Assembly: GCF_009914755.1 (NCBI RefSeq)
Contig: NC_060926.1
Direction: 5' to 3' (one strand)
DNA length: 64,000 bases
Source: the human T2T-CHM13v2.0 reference genome, Homo sapiens
This document shows, in pieces, positions 26,861 through 40,440 of the stretch. The notes beneath the pieces were generated by a model. The model was not told the DNA's origin and made no database searches. It saw only the letters and a list, made by a program, of their open reading frames with translations. Position numbers and translations under genes: made by a program. Position 1 is the stretch's first letter. Each line of letters opens with the position of its first letter.

Positions 26861-28832
26861 GAGTAAATAGATGAGTGAGTAGTGAGTGAGAGAGGCTTAG
26901 ACACCAGAAGAGCTCATGCCACCGACATGCAGCCATGGGCACTTGGTGGTTCTGTTTGCCCTGCCCAGCTCATGTGCTCATAGGTGAAGTTTTTGCCATC
27001 AGCAGTGATCATTAAACAGTGAGATGGGTAATTGTAGCGAGGGTATTTTCTCTGTTGGTCCTAGATTGCCTAGAATCCTGATAGAAAGAATAGTTTTCCT
27101 TGAACTTACAATTCAGCAAATCCTCTGTAGCTATTTTTTTTGTACTGTTTGAAGGATGTACTATTTATGGACTGCAAAACAATGGATTCTAATCCGAGCT
27201 GGAGATAAAACATGACGGGGGCATAAAACATTTAAGAAGCACACAGGAGGTACAACAAAGCATTATGCAACAGCTTCTTCAGGCAAATGTGCACATTTTG
27301 CATCTAGGAGCAGGTGAGAAAAGTGACACAGAGCAGAATTGTCCTAATATATAAACCTCAGGTGGTATTATGAAAGTAAATACTATATTCAGTCTTTAGG
27401 CAAAACCATCAGTACTGATTTTTGCCCATGAATGCAATTCTGTCTTCCTGATGTGTTGGAACTACCCCCAAACAAATGCCAAATGTGAGATTGAAAATTA
27501 AATTTATAGGGCCCTAAGCTGTTTGGAACTGTTTTTAAGATGAGAGCTGTTCCACCTAATAGTTGCTATAGGAATAAGCTGGCAGGATGAGGAAAACCCA
27601 AGAATGCCAGTTAGCAGGAGAAGATATCGGAGTTTCTGTTAGGCAAACACAGGGAGGAAATATGGAGATGGTATTATCTGCAGCACTGAGAATCACAGCC
27701 TCTAGAGACAGGAGTCAAAGTCACTCAGAACCTCAATGCCCGGGCCCTTGAGGCAGCCTGTGGCCCAGGGCAGGTGCCCCTCCTGCTGCTGGCCTTGGAG
27801 GGGTGGCCTGAGAACAGGGGAGGTTTTACACACCTTTCCCACTGCAGCCTGTGCCATCGTCATATTCTGCAGGGTGTGGACACAAGTTAGAAGCAAGACA
27901 AAGTTGGCTGGCCCTGAGCTTGCCCTTGGGTTTGAGACTTGATCAGGTGCCAGTATCTCTATGGAGAACTGTGAGTACAGTTCTTGCTGTCTTTGTTGTT
28001 GGATGGCGTCCCCTTTAAGTGTTTAGTCCTGTTGTCTGGGCAGCCTTGTGCTGAGGGACCCATTGCTGAGCAGAGTGTGCCCAGTTCTCAGCAGATAGAA
28101 TGAGAGCCCCTCCACCATCTCACGGGAAGCTCCCCTGCTGGAGCCCACTTGGGTTCTTGCCATGTGGCTTCTGTGCTCCTGGTGAATGTATAGCTCCTGT
28201 CTCTCTAGGGTCATCTTACTGGCTGCTCTGAGGTTTTCAGACCACAGAGACAGGAGTAGAGCTGTCTGCTGCCATGGTCAAGGTGAGGCCCATGCCTGTG
28301 GTCATTCCCTCTGTCCCCAACTTGGGGACAGTGTCAACCTCTGCTGTAACTGGAATTCCCTCTTGGTGCTTTCATGTAATTTTTGTTTCTTTGTGGTTTT
28401 TGTCTGGATATTCAGACCCTCAGAGTCTGGCAAAATAATTTGCACATTAGTGCTTCCTATGTGAGTTGATTATTTTCCTTTCTAAGAGTCAACTAGAAAT
28501 AAAAAGTAAATTAAGTTTTTATTTTTATTGGACAAACTGCACCTCTAGCCTGACATGTTATTATAGGAACTTGGGCTTTGAGGAGACAAATTTAAGTCTA
28601 TATATAAAATAACTTTACGAGTTTTCATATTTGCTTCTTATCCCTTGAACTGAGACCATATTTGTTAAGATTTCTCTCTGAAATTGGCCACAATAAATAT
28701 CTTAACAAATTCAGGAAATTCATTCTAAGTCATCATTTTTGCTATAATTCCTGGACCTTCAGATTTTCTGGTTAAAGTTGCCTCAGGGGGACCCTCAGAT
28801 CTTTATGGAGTTTGTAAATCCATCATGAGAGA

Positions 28833-28877
28833 TTGAATCTAGAGTACTTAACACTTGAAATCTAGAGTACTTAACAC
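28833..28877. repeat. 22-23 bp tandem microduplication
   Basis: ttga(a)atctagagtacttaacac twice. Confidence 0.9.
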
Positions 28878-28979
28878 AATCCCGGGCATCATTTACTGGT
28901 CTCAGGAAATCCTTTGAGGGAACAAAAAAAAATTACTGCTATAATGAAAGTCTCTAAGCTGGCTTATTCACAAAAAACC

Positions 28980-29150
28980 AGTGTGGTGAAACAAAAAAAG
29001 AGCATGGATTTTTGAAATCAAGACACCTGGATTCATACTTCAATTTTACACCTAGGACTGTGATAACATTGGGCAAGTTACTTAGCTTCTGTTTCTTCAT
29101 TTGTGAAGTGGGAGGATACCTGCTTTGCAGGGTGGTTGTGAGGTTGACAG
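28980..29150 (+). mobile_element. MIR
   Basis: tgtgataacattgggcaagttacttagcttctgtttcttcatttgtgaagtggg. Confidence 0.7.
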
Positions 29151-29152
29151 AG

Positions 29153-29518
29153 GCTGCCTTAGGCTTTTCAAGCTGCTGTAACAAAATACCGTAAACGCAG
29201 TGGTTTAAAAGCGGCAGCAATTTATTTCCCACAGTTCTAGACGCTGGTCGTCCAAGATCAAGGCACTGGCAGATTCGATGTCTGGTAAAGACTGGCCTCC
29301 AGGTTCACAGACGGTGCCTTCTCACTGTGTCCTCCCATGGTAGAGGGGGCAAGGCAACTCTCCGAGGCCTCTTTAGTAAGACACTAATCCCATTCATGAG
29401 GGCTCCACCCTCACGATCCGGTCACCTCCCCAAAGGCCTCAGCTCCTAATAGCATTACCTTGGAGGTTAGGATTTAACATATGACTTTTAGGATGACACA
29501 TACATTCAGTCCATTGCA
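29153..29518 (-). mobile_element. MLT1A-like MaLR solo LTR
   Basis: gctgctgtaacaaaatacc...gtccaagatcaagg...cactaatcccattcatgagggctcc...cattcagtccattgca. Confidence 0.85.
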
Positions 29519-30700
29519 TACTCCAAGGAATATCATGCCTAACAGGATGGCTGGAGAGTGTAGATGTTTCACCACTGTAGTACCCTCCAGCCTTCCTTTC
29601 CACACACAGCCAGTGTATCTCCCTGCACGTGTCTTATTTGACCTGTGGACTTAACGTGCCTGGTGGAATTGCCCTGGCTCGTCCTAAGGCTGGATGTCTC
29701 TGCTCAGATGGACTGGGAGGCAGTGGGGATGCCGGGGTGGAGATGATACCTGAGCCTGGAGAGCCTCGCTTGCTCTGAGTTGAACTGCAGTCGGATGCCC
29801 TAGCTCATCCACGTGCTTCTGTTGTGACAGCGATGCTGGGGGTGTCTTCCTTCCATTCGGTGGCACAGGTTTGATGCTAGGACCCCTCTGACTCAGGGCT
29901 CCAGGCCAATGCTGCAGCTCAGCCTTGAGGAGGCGTTCCCAGAGCATGAGGAGGACTCATGGTGGAGGATGCTGGTTAGTCTCTTTCTGGTCGGACCCTC
30001 ACTTTTTGAGATGATGTGACATCTTTCCTGTAGTCACAACTACATTCAACTCTAAAACCATTTTAATTTTTCATTTTCCCCTGTTTGGGGAATTGTAATC
30101 CCATGGGTGTATGGATATTATCCAGAGACATGAAACATGGAGTTTGGGTTTGCAGAGGACAAGGAAGCTATGAGATAAGGGAGAACAGAATGAAGTCACA
30201 CCCCACACAGATGCCCACAGATTATGTGCTGCAGTGAGTCCTTAATGTCCTGGAATCGGTGACACACCAAGGATGGCTTTCAAGAGCTTTCTTGAGCCCT
30301 TTATCCAAATCTCTGCAGCCCCTCCCTGAACTTCGTTAGTTTCTAGATCAGTTTACTTCCTAAGTAACCTAGCACACTTGTGTAAGACCAGCTGAGCTTC
30401 CCAGATGATCCCTGAACGTCACGGCTCCTGACCGTTCCTCTGAGGACACTTCCTGGAAGTTTTTGTGCAAAACCATTATTCTTCCCACCTTAAGGCAGGC
30501 ATGGGTGGTCACGTGTCAGTCCAGCCTGCTGTGCTCTTCCTGTGCAGAAACTCTTGCCTGGTTACACTTGGCGACTTCTCTTTGTAAACAAAGGTGTGAG
30601 TGTCCTTAACACCTCACAGTTGACGGACTGGCTGCGTTAGCTCTTCCTTTGTTAGTTTCTGATTGCCAGTGAAGGAGAACATCTTCTATATGTTTTTCCC

Positions 30701-31097
30701 TGTATCAGTTAGGATTTGCTGTATAACAGAAACCCAAAACTTAGAGGCTTAAAATAATACCTTTTTATTTAACTCACCGTTGTGTGTGTTGGCTGGGGTT
30801 ACTGGGGCAGCAAGGATGGCCTGGGTTCCTCTCCACATGGTCTCTTATATCCCCCAAAGGCTAGCCTGGGCGTCTTCATGTGGTGGACTGAAGGTCCCAG
30901 TAAGCAACAAGAAAAGGCAGACTCCAACGTGCAAGCGCTTTTTAAACCTCCATCTGCATCATAATTGTTGTTGTCTCATTAGCCAAAGGAAGTCACAGGG
31001 CTGCCAAATCTAGAGGCAACCTTGGATGGAATATTCCAAGGGCCTGGATCCAGGGAACATGAATCAATTGGAGGCTGTTACTCTACAATCCACCACA
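30701..31097 (-). mobile_element. Older MLT1 (H/I-like) MaLR LTR
   Basis: tgtatcagttaggatttgctgtataacagaaacccaaaacttagaggcttaaaa...caatccaccaca. Confidence 0.65.
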
Positions 31098-31676
31098 AAG
31101 TCCACTGCCTGTTTTCTTTTGATTGTTGATCTTTTATATTAGGAGGAGTTTTTAAAATATATTCTGGATATTAATTCTTTCATTGCTATATATGTTGATT
31201 CAGATGAATAGGAGTTCTTACTTTTAATAAACAAGGTCACTTCTCTCAATCTTTTTCTTTTCTGATGTGCTCATTTTGGCTATTGTTTTAAAAATCTTCC
31301 CCACCCTTGAAGCCATACAGATATTCTTCTTATTGTTTCCTGAAAGTTTTATGGTTTTGCCTCTCATGATTATGTGTTATCGCTCTCATTTTTTTCCTTT
31401 TGGTAGGATAATTAAGAAGTGTTTTTATTAGGTAAGCTCCATTTTCTCACTGCATCAAAGTCATTTATGCAGGCCTGCTCTGCAAGTGGCATTTTCCAAG
31501 TGGAATTAAATGGATGTTACTACCCTGTAGTTAATTCCAGTCTAAGACAATTGCAATGCAGACAGAAACCTTGAGACATTAATTGACCAAACATGTATAT
31601 TAAATAGGTTTGAATATTCAAGTGCAAGCAAATAATTAGTACACTTGGTGAGTGAAGAGAAAAATGAAGTACTGCA

Positions 31677-31914
31677 TTTCTTTCCTTTCCTTCTTTCCTT
31701 GCCTCCTTCTTTTCTTTCTTCCTTTCCTTCTTTCCTTCCTTCTCTCTCTCTCTCTTTCTCTTCTTTCTGTCTTTCTCTTTCTGTCTCTCTTTCTCTTTCG
31801 TTTTCTCTCTTTCTCTCTTTTCTCCTTTTCGTTTTCCTTTTTCCTTTCCTTTTTCCTTTCCTTTCCTGTCCTTTCCTGTCCTGTCCTGTCCTGTCCTGTC
31901 CTGTCCTGTCCTGT
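31677..31914. repeat. Pyrimidine-rich expanded Alu tail ending in (CCTGT)n
   Basis: About 240 bp nearly pure C/T, then CCTGT pentamers abutting the antisense AluJ. Confidence 0.9.
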
Positions 31915-32162
31915 CTTGCTCTGTCACCCAGGCTGGGATGCAGCCTCCAACTCCTGGGCCTAAGTGATCCTCCCACCTCAGCCTCCTGAGTAGCTGGGAC
32001 TATAGGTGCATGCCACCATGCCCAGCTAATTTGTAATTTTGTGTAGAGACCACAGCTCACTATGTTGCCTAGGCTGGTCTTAAACTCCTGGCTTCAAGCA
32101 ATTTCCCTGTCTTGGCCTCTCAAAAAAGGATTGATTACAGGTGTGGGCCACCACACCTGGCC
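31912..32162 (-). mobile_element. AluJ-like element
   Basis: gtcttgctctgtcacccaggctgg...caccacacctggcc with J-type ctcactatgttgcctagg. Confidence 0.92.
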
Positions 32163-32431
32163 AAGAACTACACTCGTTAACTTCAGCTAAGCAACTCCCC
32201 CCCGACTCCTACCCTGTTCTTTCTTCAGGTTTCTGTTGAAAAGTTATTTGGTAAAAGAAGAGGGCCTGAGCAGTGATTCTTAAGATGGAGGGAAGGAAAC
32301 CTAACACATAATCTTTGCAAAAAATCCCCGAGCAAGTTGGTATTATTGCCATGACTACATGAGGAAACCAAAGCTCAGAGGATCTGGAGAATTGTTGAGC
32401 AAGGAACCCTTCCCTCCTGCACCAGATCTCT

Positions 32432-32448
32432 CTCTCTTTCTCTCTTTC

Positions 32449-32504
<56 letters not shown>

Positions 32505-32651
32505 TTTCTTTCTTTCTTTCCTTCCTTCCTTCCTTCCTTCCTTCCTTCCTTCCTTCCTTCCTTCCTTCCTTTCCTTTCTTTCTTTTTCTTTCTTTCTTTC
32601 TCTTTCTTTCTCTCTCTCTTTCTCTGTTTCTCTCTTTCTTTCTTTCTTTCT
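32432..32651. repeat. Compound STR (CTTT)n(CTTC)n(CT)n in AluY tail
   Basis: Long perfect CTTT and CTTC runs lying inside the Alu TSDs. Confidence 0.95.
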
Positions 32652-32968
32652 TGACAGAGTCTTGCTGTGTCATCAAGGCTGGAGTACAGTGGTGCGATCT
32701 CAGCTCACTGCAAGCTCCGCAAGCTCCGCCTTCCAGGTTCACGCCATTCTCCTGCCTCAGCCTCCTGAGTAGCTGGGACTACAGGCGCCCGCCACCGCGC
32801 CCGGCTAATTTTTTGTTTTATTTATTTATTTTTTAATTTTTTTATTTTTTAGTAGAGACGGGGTTTCACTGTGTTAGCCAGGATGGTCTCGATCTCCTGA
32901 CCTCATGATCCACCTGCCTTGGCCTCCCAAAGTGCTGGGATTACAGGCGTGAGCCACCGCGCCCGGCC
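32652..32968 (-). mobile_element. AluY-like element
   Basis: CpG-rich; TSD tgcaccagatctct at 32418-32431 and 32969-32982; internal gcaagctcc duplication. Confidence 0.95.
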
Positions 32969-33982
32969 TGCACCAGATCTCTACCAAATTTTAAGTCAGT
33001 GAAATATAAATGAAAACTTGTTATTTTTACCATGACTGACATCAGTGTTTTTGAGGGCAAAACAGTAGGTGTTCCTTTTTTTTTTTTTTTGTCTAATTAG
33101 AATTCTTGTTTTTATCTGTCCTTAAGGTTTTTCTCTGTCTTTAAGGTTTTTCTCCACTCCTAGGAATGTTCCCTAAGGTTTTGATATAATTCAGGAATTT
33201 GTATTTAGGGAAAGGCAACTGAACCAAGTTACGAGAATGTTTAGAACTTTGGAAGCCCTGGGGAAGACATCTCGCCCATTGCTGGTTGGACAGAGCCAAC
33301 GTGGGGGTTTCTAAACATGCACAAGCTAACAGTCTCCATCAGCTCTGAATTCACTTCTGAGCTTAGCAATGTAAGCTTGTATTATATACAACTTCGTTTC
33401 TTCATGAAACAATCATCATAATAAATTTTGATATACTCGGAAAACTTACCAGGTTTAAATATTTATTATTATTATTAAAATAAATGGAATAATAATGGAC
33501 TGGATTTTAAAGGATCTAGAATTTGACCGTTTTTCTTTTTCAAAACATGATAAATACAGAAAAACCTTTAACAAAATAATAACAGTAATAATAATAATAA
33601 TAGTGGTATGTTTCCTGGGCTAAATTTAGAAAACTATTGAGTATGAGGCAAATATGGAAAACATATTTATATCAAAGGAGGACCTAGAAGCAAACTACCA
33701 TAACTTGCCAAATTCAACTTCTATGTTTGTTATAATTTAGTAATTAGCTATTTTAGAAAAAAAAAGTGCTTCAATAGGGAATTAGGATTTTCAGAATTTT
33801 GAAGCCCTGGGAAATAATTATATCCAGTGCTGTTTAGGTAGAACAAAAAATCAAATCACTTACCTGGAGTAAATCCAAAAAAGTGAAACCATTTTAAAAA
33901 TTATCTTTTTAAATTTCTAAATTAACGTTGTTTAGGCATATACATTGCATTCTGTATAGCTTTTTTTTTCAAATTATTAATA

Positions 33983-34291
33983 TTTTTATTTATTTATTTT
34001 TTTTGAGATTGAGTCTCACTCTGTCGCCCAGGCTGGAGTGCAGTGGCATGATCTCGGCTCATGGCAACCTCTGCCTCCTAGGTTCAAGTGATTCCCCTGC
34101 CTCAGCCTCCCACAGTAGCTGGGATTACAGGCATCTGCCACCATGCCTGGCTAATTTTTTTATTTTTAGTAGAGATGGGGTTTCACCATGTTGGCCAGGC
34201 TGGTCTCGAACTCCTTACCTTGGGTTATCCACCCGCCTCAGCCTCCCAAAGTGCTGGGATTAATTACAGGCGTGAGCCACCATGCCCGGCC
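33983..34291 (-). mobile_element. Alu (AluS-like)
   Basis: Dimeric antisense Alu; TSD caaattat. Confidence 0.95.
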
Positions 34292-34317
34292 CAAATTATC
34301 TTTAACAAAGAATTAGA

Positions 34318-34763
<446 letters not shown>

Positions 34764-34946
34764 AAAGAATTAGATAATACTAAAAAATACCAAATATTTA
34801 ATATTTTTAATACCAATTTTCTAATCCCTTTAAAGTACATAATGAGTTTTAAGAGGATGGGTTCCAGGGTTCTAGACTTTGAGTTCTCAACCTTATGTTC
34901 TTAAATCGGCAAAAGTACCCCCCAAATAAAACAAGATAAAACTTTT

Positions 34947-35253
34947 ACTGAACACAATGGCTCACGACTATAATCCCACCACTTTGGGAGGCCAAGGTAG
35001 GAGGATGGATCACTTGAGCTAAGGAGTTAGAGATCAGCCTGGGCAACATATAGAGATGCCATCTCTACAAAAAATACAAATAGCTGAGTGGGGTGTCACA
35101 GGCCTATAGTCTCAGCTACTCAGGAGGCTGAGGTTGGAGGATGGATTGCTTAAGCCTGGGAGGCAGAGGTTGCAGTGAACCAAGATTGCACCACTGCGCT
35201 CCAGCCCAGGTGACACAGTGAGACCCTGTCTCAGAGGAGAAAAAAAAAAAAAA
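34947..35253 (+). mobile_element. AluJ-like element
   Basis: Dimeric with poly-A tail; TSD aaaacttt. Confidence 0.93.
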
Positions 35254-35458
35254 CTTTCAACATTATAATTTAAAAAGATGTTTTAGGCTTAATTTAGAAA
35301 GTTTACATTGTTCAACAGAAGCCGGGTTTATTTTTAGAGGAATAGTTGGATGCAAACTCTCAAAATTTTCTGAACTTAATGTTTACTTCTGAAACTGCTT
35401 CCTCAGGCTTGTTTTATAAGCTTTGTCTTTTTACAGGCCTTCAGTTTTAGCTTTATCA

Positions 35459-35939
35459 TGGGTTGATCAGCCGTCCTGGTGTTCCTGGGACTGAGGAGTT
35501 TCTTGGGATGTGGGACTCTCAGTGCTAAAACCAGGGATATTTCAGGCAAACTAGAATGACAGAATGAGTTAAGATGGATTATGTCCTGATAAACCCATCA
35601 ATAGTTGGAAGTATCATAAGTTGAAAACGCATGTAATACACCAAACCTACAGAACCTCATAGCTCAGCCTAGCCTACTTTAAATGTACTCAGAACAATAT
35701 ACATTAGGCTGGCTAATGTAATCAGCCTACAGTTGGGCTGAATCATGTAACACAAAGCCTGTTGTATAATAAAGTGTTGAATATCTGTGTCATTTACCTA
35801 ATACTGTCTTGAAAGTGAAAAACACTGGTTATATAGGTATGTGAAGTACAGTTTGGGTATTGTATTGTACCATCATAAAGTAGAAAAATCCTAAGTCAGC
35901 CCATCGTAAGTAGGGGACTGACTGTAGTCAATCACCCTA
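35459..35939 (-). mobile_element. MER81-like (hAT-Blackjack) MITE split by MER47A
   Basis: gggttgatcagccgtcctggtgttcctgggactgagg...gtgctaaaaccaggga...[MER47A]...gtcaatcacccta. Confidence 0.65.
35560..35924 (+). mobile_element. MER47A-like (Tigger-derived) element
   Basis: atgtcctgataaacccatc...catagctcagcctagcctac...ggggactgactg followed by TA. Confidence 0.8.
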
Positions 35940-35984
35940 TTCTTCTTGAACCTCAAAAAGCAAAATCCATCAGTTTAAATGTAG

Positions 35985-36303
<319 letters not shown>

Positions 36304-37261
36304 TAGCCTTTAAATTTGATTAAGGTGCTTTGATTAGTTTATTTCCTTGGGAGGCAGAAGTGTTTACAAAGAAGAGGCCCCAGGATAGGCTGTGTCCATG
36401 TGGTTTCAGGACGTGGGCGCTGCTTTCCGGGTGGGCTGGTGAGGGCATTTTTTGCTGCCCAGCTCTCATGTTTCCCAGGCTTGCTATTTGTTTTCTAATC
36501 CAGGCAACAGAAATACCACTTGTGTCCATGATTTTCATGCTGGATCTAAGATGTTGAGGCAGCAAATTCTTATTCTGACTAATTTAACAGTCTTTCGGTT
36601 TAGCCTGTGCTTGGGGCTGTGCTTAGAATTTTGATAAAAATGGTTGTATCTGGGTCATTTGGAAAGGAATTTGGCTGTCTGGAAAATAGAACATATAATA
36701 GAACAGGTGGTTATTAAAGCACCAGGCCAAGTGGAGACCATGATTTCTCTTTGATTTAGATGCAAAGATTGCTATATAGGTTGACACACAAAGATTTATA
36801 ATTTGTAATTTAAGAAAATAATTGTTCAGGGAGCAGAAACCAGAAAGTAATGTATGAGTATTTTTTCTTGAACTGCATTTTCTTCTTTCTAAAAGCATGG
36901 AAGTCTTTAATTCCCCTTCCACAGCTCTTAAGGCTGTCAAATGTATTGGGAATGGGGCCTGGCCCCTGAGATGTGTAGGTTATACATCATACAACTCAGG
37001 GGCCAGGCACCATTCACATCACATTTATCCTAGATTTGTCTTGAAGGGGTGCTTTTTCTGACCCACATGAGAATTTCCCTGGGCTAGTGGCAGCCAGCAT
37101 GACTGCCTCACCAACCCCTCTAGCAAGGACTCTTAGAGGAAAACATGAAGAAAATCACATTTTTCTTCTGTTAGCATTTTATAGACTTCTTCACTCCACT
37201 CCAGACCTTTGGATGTCTGACCTGAGGACAATCAATATGTTTTTCTAGAGTTTTTAGCACG

Positions 37262-37472
37262 CAGCAGCATAGTGGCTTAGAGTGCAGACCAAGGAGTCAG
37301 TGCCATAATTTTCTACCTGTATAATCCTGTGCAAGTTGGCCTCTCTGTGCCTCAGTTTCCCCATCTGTAAAATGGGGGCAGCACATTCCTCATTGGACTG
37401 TTGGGGAGGTTAAATGGATTAATGCTGTAAAGTACTTAGAATAGGGCCTGACACATTGCATGTAAATGTTAC
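37262..37472 (+). mobile_element. MIR
   Basis: ctctctgtgcctcagtttccccatctgtaaaatgggg...aaagtacttagaatagggcctgacacat. Confidence 0.8.
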
Positions 37473-40294
37473 CAGCCTCGTTCAGCTTTGCCTCTGACAC
37501 TGAGCTGATGTACCTGGGTCTGGCAATACAACATTGTAGATGCTGATTAAAACTTGAGGCACATGTGAAGAAACCATGACTATTCCCATGACCCCGTGAG
37601 AAGGTTGGTCAAATAGTTTCTTTGTCTTCTGCTGGGTTTCACTTCCTGCTGTCTCAGCTGTACCCCCTAATGTTGGTGTGTGGTTGTCTCTTTCTGTGCC
37701 AGCCGCTCCCATGAGAGGAGCCTCTCATTGCCGGGACTTTAGTGGCTCGGGACAGTGCCCCATGAGCGCTCCAGTTAAGCCAACAGATGGGTACTTCTAG
37801 GCTGGAGGCACTGCCTCGCCAGGGCAGTATCTGCTCTCTGTGGATGTCCGAATTCTCACGGGTGGGCTCAGCGAGACAGTACGCTCCATGTGACCCACTC
37901 TGGTCTCAAAAGCTAGAAAAATGCTCTGGAAGGATATTGAACACCTATGTGGGGCTCTGTGGTTCAGGTTAGGTTACTCCATTAGATCATTTGTATCTGG
38001 AAAGAACAGGGATGGCTCCAACACTGTACAAGCCTGCAGTCCTCCTAAGGCTAAAAGACACAAGGTGGTACCCGTGTCATGGTGGTGGGAGGTTAAAGAT
38101 TAGTGTTTGTGTGTGTGTGTCTGTGTGTGTACATGTGCACGTGTGCAACTCTTGCTTTGTGTGTGTGGCATTTCACTTTCCTAATCAATTTAGGCAACCT
38201 GTTGGGGCTTCGGAATAGTGCATCTAGGTTGGAAGTATCTCCCAGTGAATGGGTCACACTGTCACACTGGGCTTCCAGCAGACCCCATACCACCCACCGG
38301 TGAAACTTGAGTAAAGCTACTCTAAGAATACAGAGCATTGGAGAAGTGCTTTATTCGGTTAACTTTACCACCACCAGGGAATGTCTGGGTTGTTCTCAAT
38401 GATCAGTATGAAGGTCTGTGGGGTTGTGGACACATTCAGGGTTGGACTGGGGTTCGTATTAGTCAGCCGACTGGGTATCTTTATTCACAGAAGAGGCAAA
38501 ATTAGCAAATAACCCCATCAAAATCATCTTGATAGTTGTTCTCACCAAGGTTGCTATCACCTCTATAATTATGAAAATGTTTTATGAGGTAGGCTTGGGA
38601 ATTTGAACACCTTTTGAGAACTGTTGGGAACAACCTTCTCAGTTAAGTAAAGAAACTACTTACCAGAAAACATGTGGAGGACACTGGGGTGATAATTCAT
38701 GGTCATTTCCGATAAGCTACTTCTAGGGCCAGAATCTCTGCTGAATCTCAGCTTCCTGATTTAATGAAGACAAGGAAATGAAACCGCCCTGCCGACTGTT
38801 TGTGCTTTTAATAGGCCGAGTTTTCAGAAAGAGAAGACAGTTAAATTAGTTTTCCTTTTTGCCCTTTTCATTCTCCCTGCTTCTGTCCTGCAGATCAAGG
38901 CCTTTGAAAGGAAGGGGAAGAGGAAGTGTTTTCTTGCTTAGTGAATAGGATGCACCTGTCCCCTGAGGAAGATTCCCTGTGTGTGCTTGTATGTAAATGT
39001 ACATACTCTCTTACTGTCCTCTTTTTCCTCCTCACAAATGTAAGCCTGTATGTGCTTCATATTAATACTTGGCATTCCCATGAGCCTGCAAAGTCTGGAG
39101 GGAGAGGCCAGGCCCGTGCTTCTGGCCGCTGTGACCCAGCACCTGGCGGAGGCCCTCACTGAGTCCTGTCCCCTGAGTGGAGGTGAAAGGTAGACAAGGA
39201 AGACCCCACAGTTGGAGAGCCTGCCATGGACAGGTCGCGCATTGTTTCACTTGGGCCTGGTTGAGCGTATTACTGGGAGTGGGGGAAGTTGACGCTGTGA
39301 CGTAGTCCTGGGGCGAGCTTGGAAGGTGCTCTGGGCTTGTCAGTTGACAGTGTGTCATTAGGGATATGAGCGGCAATGCGATGTCCTCCCCTGCAAGGAA
39401 GGAGATGTTTCAGACTTACCATTGACTGAAACAGGGAGACGAGTGCTCTCTCATGGAAACAGGGGAGATTTGAGATCAGTCACAAACACTTACCAAGGCC
39501 CAGGTTCAGTCCACTCCTGGAGCTTTGAGGGGCTAGTGTGTAAAGGGCACAGAAGCCCTTTTGCTAGGTGCACTGGCCTGAGAGCTTCGAGGGGATTTGC
39601 CAATGGGATTGTGCCACAATTTTTATTACTTTTTCCCTAGTCTTCGTGGTCTAAGTTTTGTTTTCTCAATCTTTCTTTTCTCATCTTCCTTGTGTGGAGT
39701 TAACTTTTAATCAGGGAAAGGGAATACATCGAGCTATTGATGAATGAATCACTGGAGAAAACAGTGAAGTGGGATTTTTATTTCAGGGTCTCTTAGGTGG
39801 CAGTGCCGGGTGACAGGTGGGGGTGTCCCTTGTCTTCCATTGTCCCGGAGACTAACCATCAGCCTCTACCTAATTGAATGGCATTTTTATGTGTTTTTCA
39901 TGAACGGTGGTGGATGGAGATGTGTGGAGGACTAGCAGCTCTTCATGCTGGAGGGAGTTATTCCGCCTCTGCTCTCAGACAGCCTGTGACCAGGCACGGG
40001 TCACATTGCTGCCCTGGACTTGCACTGTATGGCATTTGAATGTCATGTAGGGGCACCGTGTATTTCAGTGGCTGTGTCTAGGCAGCCCGAAAGCCACTGA
40101 ATCCCTCATGTCCACTCTGCAGCCGACATTCACTCAGCATCCTGGAAAAGTGCCCACTGGGGCAGGAGCTTCTCTTGCTCATGTGGACATGACGGTAAGT
40201 CCTTCTTGGAGAGGCAGCATCAAGTCATGTTGTTCGTTCTGTGGCCAGGAGGTACAAAGTCAGCTGTTTCTGCTTTTAAGTGATGTGGGCTTAA

Positions 40295-40440
40295 GGAAGA
40301 GGGAAGGAGGAATGAAGGAAAGAAAGGAATTGAGGAGGGAATGAAAGAAGGAGAGGGAGGGAGGGAGAGGAAGGGAAGGAGGGAGAGGAAGGGAAGGAGG
40401 GAAGGAAGGGAGGAAGGGACGGAGGGAGGGAGGAAGAAGC
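40295..40440. repeat. Purine-rich (GA) low-complexity tract
   Basis: Almost pure G/A run including gagggagaggaagggaag repeats. Confidence 0.9.

Noticed and set aside
31520-32836. Lys/Glu/Arg-rich and Phe/Leu/Ser-rich ORFs
   Set aside because: Translations of CT-rich STRs and Alus.
33230-33845. Two similar ~60-bp blocks (agaa...gaagccctggg) about 550 bp apart
   Set aside because: Low identity; both resemble decayed MIR-type ends, so independent origin is as likely as duplication.
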